Below, in pieces: positions 1 through 9,495 of a stretch of DNA of 64,000 nucleotides. The notes beneath the pieces were generated by a model. It saw nothing but the letters and a program-made list of their open reading frames with translations. It was not told where the DNA came from and did not search any database. The position numbers and the translations under genes were made by a program. The stretch is from Terrimicrobiaceae bacterium (GTDB lineage: Bacteria > Verrucomicrobiota > Verrucomicrobiia > Chthoniobacterales > JAATET01), in assembly GCA_028713285.1 (NCBI GenBank), contig JAQTOP010000004.1:20241-84240 (forward strand), written 5' to 3'. Numbering within the stretch: position 1 is the stretch's first letter; every line of letters starts with the position of its first letter.

Positions 1-701
1 TAGGCCTGGGGCGCCCACGAATGGAACGGGAAGAGCGAGATGAGCGTGCCGAAGCCGATGAGCAGCGTCCAATAGACCCAGTGCGGCGGGTTGAGCGTGC
101 CGGCCTGGGCGAGTTCCTGGATGCGCAACAGATCGAAGGTCCGCTCGCTCGGAATCGCGAGGTAGAGCCCGATGATGCCAATCAGCAGAACGAAGCTGCC
201 GAGCCCAAGATAAATCGTCGCCTTCCACGCGGCCGCCTGCCGGTCGCCCGAGCCCCAGATGCCGATGAGCAAAAACGTCGGAATGAGCGCGACCTCGTGG
301 AACGCGTAGAAAAACAGGACGTCGATTGAGGAAAATGCGCCGACCACGCCGGCCGAAATGAGCAGCACGCAGGCGTAGAAAAGATTCTCGCGGGACTTGA
401 TCGGCGGAATCACCCACACGGCGCTCATGGTGATGACGGCCGCGAGCAGCAGCATCGCGAGGCTGAGTCCGTCCGCTCCGAAGCTAAGCGAGATGCCCAG
501 TTCATCGGCCACCTGGAAACGCGAGATGAATTGGAAGCCGCCTTCCGCCACGCGGTATTGGAAGACGAGCGCCAGCGTGAGCCCCAGCATGAGCAGGCTC
601 GTCCACCGCGCGACGAACTGCGCCCGCGCGCCGACCATGATGAACAGGGCCGCGACGAGCGGAAGCATCGTGAGAAAAAAGAGCGGGCTGAACAGACTCA
701 T
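1..701 (-). CDS. nuoM: NADH-quinone oxidoreductase subunit M (runs off the left edge; not in ORF track)
   Basis: ATG at 701 overlaps the nuoL stop (ATGA). Hand translation gives MSLFSPLFFLTMLPLVAAL...ADGLSLAMLLL...FFYAFHEVALIPTFLLIGIWG...FPFHSWAPQA, which are NuoM motifs. Confidence 0.95.
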   Translation of the reverse strand, partial: MSLFSPLFFLTMLPLVAALFIMVGARAQFVARWTSLLMLGLTLALVFQYRVAEGGFQFISRFQVADELGISLSFGADGLSLAMLLLAAVITMSAVWVIPPIKSRENLFYACVLLISAGVVGAFSSIDVLFFYAFHEVALIPTFLLIGIWGSGDRQAAAWKATIYLGLGSFVLLIGIIGLYLAIPSERTFDLLRIQELAQAGTLNPPHWVYWTLLIGFGTLISLFPFHSWAPQA

Positions 702-2518
702 TTGCTGATGAGGACGTAGAGCAGCGCGATGACGCCGGCTCCGAAGAAAAAGGCGTAGGCCTGGATGTTGCCGATCTGGAGGAAGCGCAGCGCGAAGCCG
801 CAGGCCCAGGTGGCCTTTGCGCTGAAGTTCACGCCGACGCCATCAATGATCCAGCGGTCGGTCCACGACGAAGCTTTCGCCGTGCCATCCTGCACGAAAC
901 GGACGATCTGCGCGTAGAGGTCGTCGAGGTAGAGGCGATTCGCGAAGAACGGGATAAGCACCGGATCCTTTTGCGGGGCGCCGCGATAAATGAGGATCGC
1001 GAGCGCGACGCCGGCCGCAAAGATGCCCGGGATGAGGAAGCCCACCCAGCCGGGCACGCCCACAGGCTCCTCGATGGGGAAGAAATGCTTCTGGATGAAC
1101 GGCCAGCCGGCGAGGGCCGACGGAATCGCGAGCAGGATCAATGGAATCACCATCACGGCCGGCGATTCGCGGGCCTCTTTCGCGTGATCGCTGCGCGGCG
1201 CGCCGAGGAACGTCACCCAGAGCATGCGCGTGGTGTAGAGCGCGGTAAGGAAGACGCCGCCCGCGGCGAGCCAGAACCAGCCCGGGCCTTTGGTGTATGC
1301 GAATTCGATGATGAGGTCCTTGCTGAAACCGCCGCTGAAACCGGGACAACCCATGAGCGCGAGGCCGCCGATGGTCATCATCAGGAACGTGATCGGCATC
1401 TTGTTTTTCAGCCCGCCCATTTTCCAGATGTCTTGCTCGTGGTGCATGCCGAGGATCACCGAGCCCGAGCAAAGGAAGAGCAGGCACTTGAACGAGGCGT
1501 GCGTGAAGAGGTGGAACATCGCAACGCCGGAAACGGGCGCGGACCCGATGCCGAGCACCATGTAGCCGAGCTGGGAGATCGTCGAGTAGGCGAGGATGCG
1601 CTTGATGTCGTTTTGCTGCAGGCCGATGAGGCCGGCGCCGAAGCACGTGATCGCGCCGATCCAGCCGATCACCGTGAGTGCGTCGGGTGAATGTTGCAGA
1701 ATCGGGAAAATGCGGGCGAGGAGATAGACGCCCGCCGCGACCATCGTGGCGGCGTGGAGGAGCGAGGAGACCGGCGTGGGGCCTTCCATCGAGTTCGGCA
1801 ACCACACGTGGAGCGGGAATTGCGCGGACTTTCCGACGGTGCCGCAAAAGACGAGCACGCACGCGACGGCGAGCCAGCCGGACGCGCCGTGGAAGGCGTC
1901 GAGCCGGCCCGGCAGCTCGGAAAAGAGGACGGTGCCCGTGACGCCCCAGAAGACCAGGATGCCGAGCATGAAGCCGAAGTCGCCGATGCGGTTGACGATG
2001 AAGGCCTGCTTCGCGGCGTCGCCGGCGGAGTCCCTGCTGTAGTAGTGTCCGATGAGGATGTAGGAGCTGACGCCGACGAGTTCCCAGAAGATGAACATCA
2101 TCACGAAGTTGTTCGCGAGGACGATGCCCAGCATCGAAAAGAGGAAGAGCGCCAGACCGGCGAAGTAGCGGCAGTAGCCCTCCTCGTGGGCCATGTAGCC
2201 GGTCGAGTAGATGAAGACGAGCGTGGCGATGGTCGTGACGATCACGAGCATCGGGCGGCTGAGCGCGTCGATGGACAGGCCGATGGGAATCGTGAACGGC
2301 ACCGGCGAGTCGAGGCGGCCGAGGTTGATCCAGTTGGTGCTCACGACGAGGTCGGCGCCCTGGATGAAAAGCATCCAGCTCAGCACGCAGGCGATGCCGG
2401 CGCCCGCGATGGCAAGGCCGGAGCTGACGAATTTCGAGCGCTGGCCGAAAAACAGAATGCCCGCCGCCATGAAAATGGGCAGGAAGAGGATGATCCAGGA
2501 TGCCGTTTGCGGAGCCAC
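698..2518 (-). CDS. nuoL: NADH-quinone oxidoreductase subunit L
   Basis: Motifs FWELVGVSSYILIG, NRIGDFGF, GKSAQFPLHVWLPNSMEGPTPVSSLLHAATMV. Start moved to GTG at 2518, overlapping the nuoK stop; the ORF-track start overlaps all of nuoK. Confidence 0.96.
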   Translation of the reverse strand: MAPQTASWIILFLPIFMAAGILFFGQRSKFVSSGLAIAGAGIACVLSWMLFIQGADLVVSTNWINLGRLDSPVPFTIPIGLSIDALSRPMLVIVTTIATLVFIYSTGYMAHEEGYCRYFAGLALFLFSMLGIVLANNFVMMFIFWELVGVSSYILIGHYYSRDSAGDAAKQAFIVNRIGDFGFMLGILVFWGVTGTVLFSELPGRLDAFHGASGWLAVACVLVFCGTVGKSAQFPLHVWLPNSMEGPTPVSSLLHAATMVAAGVYLLARIFPILQHSPDALTVIGWIGAITCFGAGLIGLQQNDIKRILAYSTISQLGYMVLGIGSAPVSGVAMFHLFTHASFKCLLFLCSGSVILGMHHEQDIWKMGGLKNKMPITFLMMTIGGLALMGCPGFSGGFSKDLIIEFAYTKGPGWFWLAAGGVFLTALYTTRMLWVTFLGAPRSDHAKEARESPAVMVIPLILLAIPSALAGWPFIQKHFFPIEEPVGVPGWVGFLIPGIFAAGVALAILIYRGAPQKDPVLIPFFANRLYLDDLYAQIVRFVQDGTAKASSWTDRWIIDGVGVNFSAKATWACGFALRFLQIGNIQAYAFFFGAGVIALLYVLISK

Positions 2519-2838
2519 TAGAATTTGAGCGAGTTGAGATCCTCGACGTGCGTCGTCTGCCGCGCGCGGTAGAGCGCGACGATGATCGCGAGACCCACGG
2601 CCACTTCGGCGGCCGCGACGGTGATGATGAAAAAGACGAACACCTGACCGTTGTAGTCCGGCAGGCCGTTCACGAGGTGGAAACGCGAGAAGGCGACCAA
2701 TGAGAGATTCGCGGCGCTCAGCATCAGCTCGAGGCACATGAAGATCACGATGATGTTTCGCCGCAGCAACACGCCGCCCAGCCCGATGGCGAAGAGCAGG
2801 CCGCTGACCGCGAGGTAATGGGCAAGAGTCGGCTCCAT
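2518..2838 (-). CDS. nuoK: NADH-quinone oxidoreductase subunit K
   Basis: Motifs [15 protein letters not shown] and [22 protein letters not shown]. Confidence 0.97.
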   Translation of the reverse strand: MEPTLAHYLAVSGLLFAIGLGGVLLRRNIIVIFMCLELMLSAANLSLVAFSRFHLVNGLPDYNGQVFVFFIITVAAAEVAVGLAIIVALYRARQTTHVEDLNSLKF

Positions 2839-2858
2839 CAGGAAAGGAAAGGTGTTTT

Positions 2859-2935
2859 GAATCTGGAAAGGGGTAAATGGGGAAGAATTCCAAGGATGTT
2901 TCTTCCCTCCTCCCCCTTTCTCCGTTTCCAGATTC
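2859..2935. repeat. Long imperfect inverted repeat (REP/MITE-like) between nuoJ and nuoK
   Basis: GAATCTGGAAA (2859-2869) pairs with TTTCCAGATTC (2925-2935); inner GGGAAGAA (2880-2887) pairs with TTCTTCCC (2900-2907). Confidence 0.6.
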
Positions 2936-2944
2936 CCTCGATCC

Positions 2945-3448
2945 TCATTTCAGCTCCTTCTTGCTGAGGACGACGACCCCGATGGTGGCGACGAGGAGGA
3001 GCACGCCGATGATCTGGAAGGGCAGGTTGAATTGCGTAAAAAGCGCGGCGCCGACGGCCTTCACGTCGCTCGTGAAGGGGACGGTGAACGCGGGCTTCGC
3101 GTGGAGATATTCGGCATTCGAGGCGAGGACCTTGTAGAGAATGCCGACGAAACCGGCGAGAACGGCGATGCCGCCGGCCATGGCGGGGATATTGAACTTA
3201 CGCGCGCGCTCGGCCTTGAGGTCGAGGAGCATGATGATGAAGAGGAACAGCACCATCACCGCGCCGGCATAGACGAGAATCTGGATGATGCCGATGAAGT
3301 AGGCGTCGAGCGTGAAGAAGAGCGAGGCCAGCCCGAGGAAGGACATCACCAGGCACATCGCGGAGGAGACGGGATTGCGAAGAAGCACGACCCCGGCGCC
3401 GAAGGCGAGCATCATTGCGGCAAAGACCCAGAAGAGAAACAGGGACAC
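2945..3448 (-). CDS. nuoJ: NADH-quinone oxidoreductase subunit J
   Basis: Motifs [10 protein letters not shown] and [20 protein letters not shown]. Confidence 0.96.
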   Translation of the reverse strand: MSLFLFWVFAAMMLAFGAGVVLLRNPVSSAMCLVMSFLGLASLFFTLDAYFIGIIQILVYAGAVMVLFLFIIMLLDLKAERARKFNIPAMAGGIAVLAGFVGILYKVLASNAEYLHAKPAFTVPFTSDVKAVGAALFTQFNLPFQIIGVLLLVATIGVVVLSKKELK

Positions 3449-3513
3449 GGTGGAGTGCTGGCGGCTTGGTGGGTTGGTTCGGCGGCGGTTCTAGCAGCGG
3501 GGCGGCGGGGCGA

Positions 3514-4041
3514 CTACTTTTTTTCGTTCCACTTGTTCACGACTCCGGCCTTCACGCCGCCAAGTTCGTAGAGCTTCGCCTTGTCGTGCTTCATCTCGGC
3601 GCGGGTGTAGCCGGTGATCGAGTAATCCTTGCGCAGGTAGATCGCCTGTTCCGGGCAAACCTCCTCGCACAGGCCGCAATAAATGCAGCGGATCATGTCG
3701 ATCTCGAATTCCTTCGGGCGCTTCTCGACCTTCGCCCACGGATCGCTGTTGGGAATTTCCTCCGGCGTGATCGTGATCGCGCGCGGCGGGCAGATGAACT
3801 CGCAAAGCTGGCACGAGACGCAGCGCTCGCGTCCCCATTCGTCGGCGACGAGCGTGGGCGCACCGCGATACCACTCGGGCAGGTGGTCGTCCCACTTCAC
3901 CTCGGGGTATTGCATGGTCACGTTCCTGCCGGCGGCGCCTTTGAAAAAATGCCGGATGGTGAGCAGGAGGCCGCCGAGCACCGCCGGGAGATAGAGCTTC
4001 TCGGCGAGATTCAATTTTGGACGTTGGACGACGAAGGCCAT
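3514..4041 (-). CDS. nuoI: NADH-quinone oxidoreductase subunit I
   Basis: Two 4Fe-4S motifs (CVSCQLCEFICP, CIYCGLCEEVCP) and TMQYPE. Confidence 0.97.
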   Translation of the reverse strand: MAFVVQRPKLNLAEKLYLPAVLGGLLLTIRHFFKGAAGRNVTMQYPEVKWDDHLPEWYRGAPTLVADEWGRERCVSCQLCEFICPPRAITITPEEIPNSDPWAKVEKRPKEFEIDMIRCIYCGLCEEVCPEQAIYLRKDYSITGYTRAEMKHDKAKLYELGGVKAGVVNKWNEKK

Positions 4042-4050
4042 AAGCGGAAT

Positions 4051-5229
4051 TTACTTGATGTAAACGAGCACCAGCGCGGCGAGGAAGATATTCGCGAGCG
4101 CAATTTCGAAGAAGTAGATCCAGCCGAGCTTCATGAGCTGGTCGTAGCGGAAACGCGGCACGGTCCAGCGCACCCAGATAAAGAAGAAGATGAAGAGCGA
4201 GACCTTCGCGAAGAAGACGTTGATATTCACGAAGCCCCAGACCACGCCCGGCAGCCAGTCGGGGATATTCGTGAGGCCGAAGAGCCAGTGCGAGCTGCCG
4301 TCGGGAATGAAGGGCAGGCTCCAGCCGCCGAAGAAGAGGGTGACGATCACGCCCGAGCCGGCGATCATCGCGGCGTATTCGCCGAGGAAGAAAAGCGCGA
4401 AGCCCATCGAGGAATATTCCGTGTGGTAGCCGCCGATGAGTTCCTGCTCGGCCTCCGGAAGATCAAACGGGGTGCGGTTCGTCTCGGCGAACATTGAGAC
4501 AAGGAAGATAACGAACGAGATGACCATCGGGATCCACAGAAGCACCCGCTGGACCAGCGAAAGAGAGCCTCCTCCGACGGCGAAGGGCGCGATGAGCCAG
4601 CCATTTTTCACCTGCCAATCGACGATTTGCGAGAGGTTGAGCGTGCCGCAGATGAGGAAGATCGGCACGACCGACAGTCCGAGCGCGAGTTCGTAGGAGA
4701 TCATCTGCGAACTCGATCGAATGCCGCCAAGGAAGGGGTATTTCGAATTCGACGCCCAGCCCGCGAGCACGATGCCGTAAACTCCGAGCGACGAAACGGC
4801 GAAGACGAAGAGGATGCCGATATCGACATTCGCAATGACCATCGGCACGCCGAGAAACGAACTGCCGAACGGGATGACCGCCAGCACGAGGAGCGGCGGG
4901 ATCATCGTGAGCTTCGGCGCGATGTAGTAGTAGAACTTGTTGACCGACTTCGGGATGAAATTTTCCTTGAGCAGGAGCTTGATCGGGTCGGCGACCATCT
5001 GGCCGAGGCCCCAGAGGCTGTAATCCTTTTTGAATCCGACCAGCGAGGTCGGCGCCCCCACGCGATTCGGGCCGACGCGGTCCTGGATGAACGCGCTGAC
5101 CTTGCGCTCGGCGAAGACGGCAAGCGAGACGAGCGGCAGGATCGCTCCGAAGAGGATGAACAGCGTCTTGACGAGCGATGTCCAGATCAGGAAGACGCTG
5201 GGTTGGAAAAGAAAGCTGGAGATATCCAT
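4051..5229 (-). CDS. nuoH: NADH-quinone oxidoreductase subunit H
   Basis: Motifs ERKVSAFIQDRVGPNRVG, AETNRTPFDLPEAEQEL, PRFRYDQLM. Confidence 0.97.
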   Translation of the reverse strand: MDISSFLFQPSVFLIWTSLVKTLFILFGAILPLVSLAVFAERKVSAFIQDRVGPNRVGAPTSLVGFKKDYSLWGLGQMVADPIKLLLKENFIPKSVNKFYYYIAPKLTMIPPLLVLAVIPFGSSFLGVPMVIANVDIGILFVFAVSSLGVYGIVLAGWASNSKYPFLGGIRSSSQMISYELALGLSVVPIFLICGTLNLSQIVDWQVKNGWLIAPFAVGGGSLSLVQRVLLWIPMVISFVIFLVSMFAETNRTPFDLPEAEQELIGGYHTEYSSMGFALFFLGEYAAMIAGSGVIVTLFFGGWSLPFIPDGSSHWLFGLTNIPDWLPGVVWGFVNINVFFAKVSLFIFFFIWVRWTVPRFRYDQLMKLGWIYFFEIALANIFLAALVLVYIK

Positions 5230-5334
5230 TCGCTACGGGCGCGTTTTCGATAGCCGTTTCGCCGCCGCGCTGTCGAGACGGATTCGGATTTTTCGACGGA
5301 AATTGCGGAGTTCCCCCGGTTCCATGCGGCGCGT

Positions 5335-7005
5335 CTAGATTTCCGCGCGCCGCGGCGCGCCATCGAGCGCCAATTCCACGCCGAGATCGCCGATGCCGGC
5401 CATCGACAGGCCGGTGAGCGCGGGCGTCTCGGCGGCCATTGCCCTGAAAACCTCCTCGATGGAATAGACGCCATTCGGGCCGCCCACCGCCACGATTAAG
5501 TCGCGCAGGATTTCCCAATCGTCGCGGGCCAGGCCGGGCGCACTGATCGCGCGGTTCAGCCGCTGGATGCGGCCGGCCAGATTGATCATCGACCCGCGCT
5601 TCTCGGCGAATCCGCTGGCGGGCAACAACACCGTCGCGTGCGGAGTCGTCTTGTTCGGCAGAATGTCCACGACGACGAGCGTTTCGAGGTTCGCCAGATC
5701 TCCCTCGGCGATTCCGCATTGCGTCGCGTCCTCGCCGAGGACAAGCAGGCCGCGGATCGCGCCGCTGGCGACGCCGGCCGCAATGGCGCTGAGCCTCCCG
5801 CCGCAGTGGAGGCCGAGCAGTTTCGCGCCGGTGGTGTTCGGATTGCCGTCGTTCGAGATGAGGAAGCCGTCGCCCTCCTGCGGACGCGGCAGCACATCGA
5901 ACTGCTCGATGCCCAGCGCCGTGGCGAGCCGCCTGGCGAGGAAGAGTTCCTCGTTGGTCATGCGGGCGGAGGCGATCATGGCGATGCGCGCGGGCTCGTG
6001 GGATTTCAATTGCGCCGCGGCGGTCGAGATCGCGTCGGTCCAGGTCGCGGGGGCGCTCTTCACCAGCGGCGTCTTGAGCCGGTCCTCATCGTGGAGGTAG
6101 TGGAAATTCAGCCGGTGACTGTCGGGCATCCAGCAGGAATTCACGAAGTCGTTTTCGCGCGGGGTGATGCGGTGGACGATGCCCTCGCGGCTGGAGATGA
6201 GGATGTTTGAGCCGGTGCCGCAATTCACGTCGATGCTCTTGGTTTCCTTGAGGAACCAGACGCGCATCCGAAAGCGGAAATCCTTGCTCGTGAGCGCGCC
6301 GACCGGGCAGATATCGACGGTGTTGAGCGAGTAGTTGTTGTCGAGCCGCTTGCCGGGATAAACGGTGAGCGTGGTGTGGCTGCCGCGGTTCACGAACCCG
6401 AGCACGTCGTCGTGCGCGACCTCCTGCATGAAGCGGATGCAGCGCGAGCACATGATGCACCGCTCGTCGTCGAGCACGATGCGCTCGCCGATATCGACGC
6501 GCTTGGGCTTCTTTACCTTCTCCTCGAGGAAGCGGGATTCGCCCTTTCCGTATTCGACGGAGAATTCCTGCAGCCGGCACTCGCCGGCCTGGTCGCAGAT
6601 CGGGCAGTCGAGCGGGTGATTGATGAGGAGAAACTCCATCACGCCATTGCGGCACTCCTCGACGAGCGGGCCGCTGGTGCGCACGCCCATGCCTTCGCTG
6701 ATTTCGGTGGCGCACGAGATGGCCGGGCGCGGGCTCCAATTCAGGATCGGACGCCCGTCCTCGCCCAGCTCGGGCTTGCGGTCGGCCCCCAGCTTCGGCA
6801 TGCCCAACTGCACAAGGCACATGCGGCAATTCCCCGGCGAGCTGAGCTTCGGATGGTAACAATAGTGCGGGACGTATTGCCCGCTCTTGATGCAGGCCTC
6901 GATGAGGCGCGTGCCCTTCGGAAACTGCCGCCATTCGCCGTCCACCTGAACGTTGAGCAGAGGCACTTCGGTTTTCGGCTGGGCGGGCGTCGCGGTCGTC
7001 GTCAT
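5335..7005 (-). CDS. nuoG: NADH-quinone oxidoreductase subunit G
   Basis: Motifs HYCYHPKLSSPGNCRMC, NHPLDCPICDQAGEC, RCIMCSRCIRF, DICPVGAL. Confidence 0.96.
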   Translation of the reverse strand: MTTTATPAQPKTEVPLLNVQVDGEWRQFPKGTRLIEACIKSGQYVPHYCYHPKLSSPGNCRMCLVQLGMPKLGADRKPELGEDGRPILNWSPRPAISCATEISEGMGVRTSGPLVEECRNGVMEFLLINHPLDCPICDQAGECRLQEFSVEYGKGESRFLEEKVKKPKRVDIGERIVLDDERCIMCSRCIRFMQEVAHDDVLGFVNRGSHTTLTVYPGKRLDNNYSLNTVDICPVGALTSKDFRFRMRVWFLKETKSIDVNCGTGSNILISSREGIVHRITPRENDFVNSCWMPDSHRLNFHYLHDEDRLKTPLVKSAPATWTDAISTAAAQLKSHEPARIAMIASARMTNEELFLARRLATALGIEQFDVLPRPQEGDGFLISNDGNPNTTGAKLLGLHCGGRLSAIAAGVASGAIRGLLVLGEDATQCGIAEGDLANLETLVVVDILPNKTTPHATVLLPASGFAEKRGSMINLAGRIQRLNRAISAPGLARDDWEILRDLIVAVGGPNGVYSIEEVFRAMAAETPALTGLSMAGIGDLGVELALDGAPRRAEI

Positions 7006-7150
7006 CGCAGCGAAATGGGATGGGGGATTTTTCGGCGCTTGTCCACTCGCAAAAAACGTTCCGCGCGCGAGGTGACGAAATCTTCACGCTTCCGACTGTT
7101 GCCACGGAAGGGGTTTTGTGAATATAGGATCCAGCGATCCCACTAGCCCC

Positions 7151-8617
7151 ATGAAAAACCTCCGCTCCGCTTCGCGGCGGCAAGGCCTGCGTCTCGGGTC
7201 CTCCGTCCTCACCCTTCTCATCGGAACCGTCCCGCTCGTCCAGGCGGGCACAGCGACCTCCACCGGCGTGACCGTGAAGGAGGAAAGCAGCCTCGAACAA
7301 TGGTGGAACGGCAAGTATGCCACCGGCAACTGGTTCGGCGTGCGCGACACGCTTGAGGATTACGGCATCAAACTCGGCGGCCTGTGGAGCGGGAATTTTT
7401 ACGGTTTCGTGGATGGCGGCATCAACAAGAACCACCGCGGCTTTTTCGACGAGCAGATCAAGTTCCAGGCGAAGGTGAACTTCGGCCAGCTCCTGCGCAT
7501 CGAGCCGCTCGAGGCGCTATCGGCCTTTGGCGAAGTCCGCTACCGCGACGGCCTGAATCCAAACCTCGGGGCCGGCGCCTCCCCGAACTTCCAGCCCTCG
7601 AACATCCAGAGCGGCAAGCAGTGGCGCCTCACGAATTTTGGACTCGCCTACTCGCCCGCCCTCTTCGGCGTGAAGGATTTCCTTACACTCACCGGCGGCT
7701 GGCTCCAGCCGCAATCCTACTTCATCGACCAGCCGCTTTCGAAGCTGTTCGTGAACAACTCCATCGCCAGCTCGAAGGGCATCGGCGCGAACATCCCATT
7801 CTCGTCGAGCTTCTCGAGCTGGGGCGGCATTCTGAAGATCAAGCCCATCGACCTCTGGTATGCCCAGGGCGGCTTCTTCATGGCCTATCCGCAGGCGACC
7901 TCCACCGCGAACCACGGCCTCGCCTTTCAGGGCTACGAGCCGGATCAAAGCCAGAACGGCCTCTACGCGATCGCCGAAACCGGGCTGACTCCCAAGCTCG
8001 GCGAGTCTAAACTTCCCGGCAAATACACGGTCGGCGGCTACTATTACGGCGAATGGAACAACAGCTACAACGGCGCGCGCTACCCTGGCCGCTACGGCTT
8101 TTACTGGCAGGCGGACCAGATGGTTTTCCGCGAACCCTCGCCGGAGCCCGAAGCCCCGGTGCTGGGCAAGGGCGCATCCGATGGCAAATCCGTCGCCAGT
8201 GCGGCCGACGGCAAGTCGTTCAAGGAGGTGAAGGAGACCGTCGAGCCCGCGAAACTTTCCGACCAGGGCCTCTATGTCTTCAATCTCTTCACCTACTCGC
8301 CGAAGTATGACAACAGCCTGCCCTTCTATTTCCACACCGGGCTCGTTTACAAGGGCCTCATCCCCGGCCGGGACAAGGACCAGACGCTGATCGCCTTCAG
8401 CTTTGGCCAATACAGCTTCTACAACATCCAGACCTTGCAGGAGAAAGGCACCGTGAATCAGCCGAACTATACTGCCGTGCTCGAAACCGGGTACCGCGTG
8501 CAGATCACGGACTTCGCTTATTTTCAGCCGTTCCTCCAATACATCATCAAGCCCAACGGCACCGACAACATCGAAAACGCCACGATCCTTGGATTCACGA
8601 GCGGCGTGATTTTTTAG
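7151..8617 (+). CDS. OprB-family (carbohydrate-selective) outer-membrane porin
   Basis: Signal peptide; ATGNWFGVRDTLEDYGI; YKGLIPGRDKDQ; QPFLQYIIKPNG; C-terminal Phe. ATG 7151 preferred over GTG 7118. Confidence 0.85.
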   Translation: MKNLRSASRRQGLRLGSSVLTLLIGTVPLVQAGTATSTGVTVKEESSLEQWWNGKYATGNWFGVRDTLEDYGIKLGGLWSGNFYGFVDGGINKNHRGFFDEQIKFQAKVNFGQLLRIEPLEALSAFGEVRYRDGLNPNLGAGASPNFQPSNIQSGKQWRLTNFGLAYSPALFGVKDFLTLTGGWLQPQSYFIDQPLSKLFVNNSIASSKGIGANIPFSSSFSSWGGILKIKPIDLWYAQGGFFMAYPQATSTANHGLAFQGYEPDQSQNGLYAIAETGLTPKLGESKLPGKYTVGGYYYGEWNNSYNGARYPGRYGFYWQADQMVFREPSPEPEAPVLGKGASDGKSVASAADGKSFKEVKETVEPAKLSDQGLYVFNLFTYSPKYDNSLPFYFHTGLVYKGLIPGRDKDQTLIAFSFGQYSFYNIQTLQEKGTVNQPNYTAVLETGYRVQITDFAYFQPFLQYIIKPNGTDNIENATILGFTSGVIF

Positions 8618-8627
8618 GCCGTCCCGC

Positions 8628-8657
8628 TTGACATACTTGGCGCTTTGGCCAAGTATG
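8628..8657 (+). promoter_or_regulatory. ars promoter with overlapping ArsR operator
   Basis: TTGACA (8628-8633), 17 bp, AAGTAT (8651-8656). Perfect 10-6-10 inverted repeat CATACTTGGC-N6-GCCAAGTATG at 8632-8657. Confidence 0.8.
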
Positions 8658-8662
8658 GCGCT

Positions 8663-8977
8663 GTGAACCAGCGCCCGCGCCACGTCATCCGCGCCGGGGT
8701 CATCAAGGCCCTCGCCCACCCCTCGCGCACCCTCATCGTGGAAACGCTCACGGATGGCGAGCGATCCGTCGGCGAACTCACCAGCCTGGTCGGAGCCGAC
8801 ATCTCGACGGTCTCGAAGCATCTGGCCATCATGAAGAAGGCGGGAATCGTCGTCGTCGAGAAACGCGGTCTCAACCAGTATTACCGCCTCGCCTGCCCCT
8901 GCTTCCTGGATTTCCTCCGCTGCGTGGACTTTATTGCCGGCGTCAACGCGGACGGCGCCTCCTGCCGCGCCGCGTGA
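8663..8977 (+). CDS. arsR: ArsR/SmtB family transcriptional repressor
   Basis: Motifs KALAHPSR and STVSKHLAIMKKAGIV; C-terminal cysteines CPCFLDFLRC; first gene of the ars operon. GTG 8663 chosen because the TTG 8645 start lies inside the operator. Confidence 0.88.
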   Translation: MNQRPRHVIRAGVIKALAHPSRTLIVETLTDGERSVGELTSLVGADISTVSKHLAIMKKAGIVVVEKRGLNQYYRLACPCFLDFLRCVDFIAGVNADGASCRAA

Positions 8978-9024
8978 ATTGCCTGCAATCACAATCATTG
9001 GCCGTTTTACCAACCATCCATCAC

Positions 9025-9489
9025 ATGAATCTCTCCGATCTCAAAGCCGCCCTCGCCGCCCATCCCGATCTGAACCTCGCCATCCGCCTGCCCGACGGAG
9101 ACCCGGTGCCCGCCCACTTCCACATCACGGAGGTCGGCCACGTCGTGAAACGATTCATCGATTGCGGCGGGGACATGCATCACGACGAGAGCTGCCTGCT
9201 TCAGGCATGGGTCGCGGACGACATCGATCACCGCTTCACCGCAGGCAAGTTCGCGCGGGTGCTCGATCTCTTTGCGAGACTCACGCCCAACGAGACGCTG
9301 CCCGTCGAGGTGGAATACGAAGATTGCTCCATCTCCCAATACCCCGTCCTCTCCGCCGCCGCCACGGACGGCTCCCTCGTGCTCATGCTTGGCGAGAAGC
9401 ACACCGACTGCCTCGCAAAGGAAGCCTGCGGCCTCGCCTCCGCCGACCAGGCACCATCGTGCTGCGCCCCCGGCTCGGGTTGCTGCTGA
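9025..9489 (+). CDS. DUF6428-type protein, Cys-rich C-terminus, ars-associated
   Basis: Motifs VPAHFHITEVG, FIDCGG, HTDCLAKEACG; ends CCAPGSGCC. Confidence 0.8.
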   Translation: MNLSDLKAALAAHPDLNLAIRLPDGDPVPAHFHITEVGHVVKRFIDCGGDMHHDESCLLQAWVADDIDHRFTAGKFARVLDLFARLTPNETLPVEVEYEDCSISQYPVLSAAATDGSLVLMLGEKHTDCLAKEACGLASADQAPSCCAPGSGCC

Positions 9490-9495
9490 TCGGCC

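Noticed and set aside
2519-2893. Apparent N-terminal extension of NuoL (similar extensions on pstS, lptD, nadD, nagZ, rbsK, cydB and the lolA-like gene)
   Set aside because: Artefacts of taking the farthest start codon. The extensions overlap other genes and are Arg/Pro-rich noise; true starts were reassigned.
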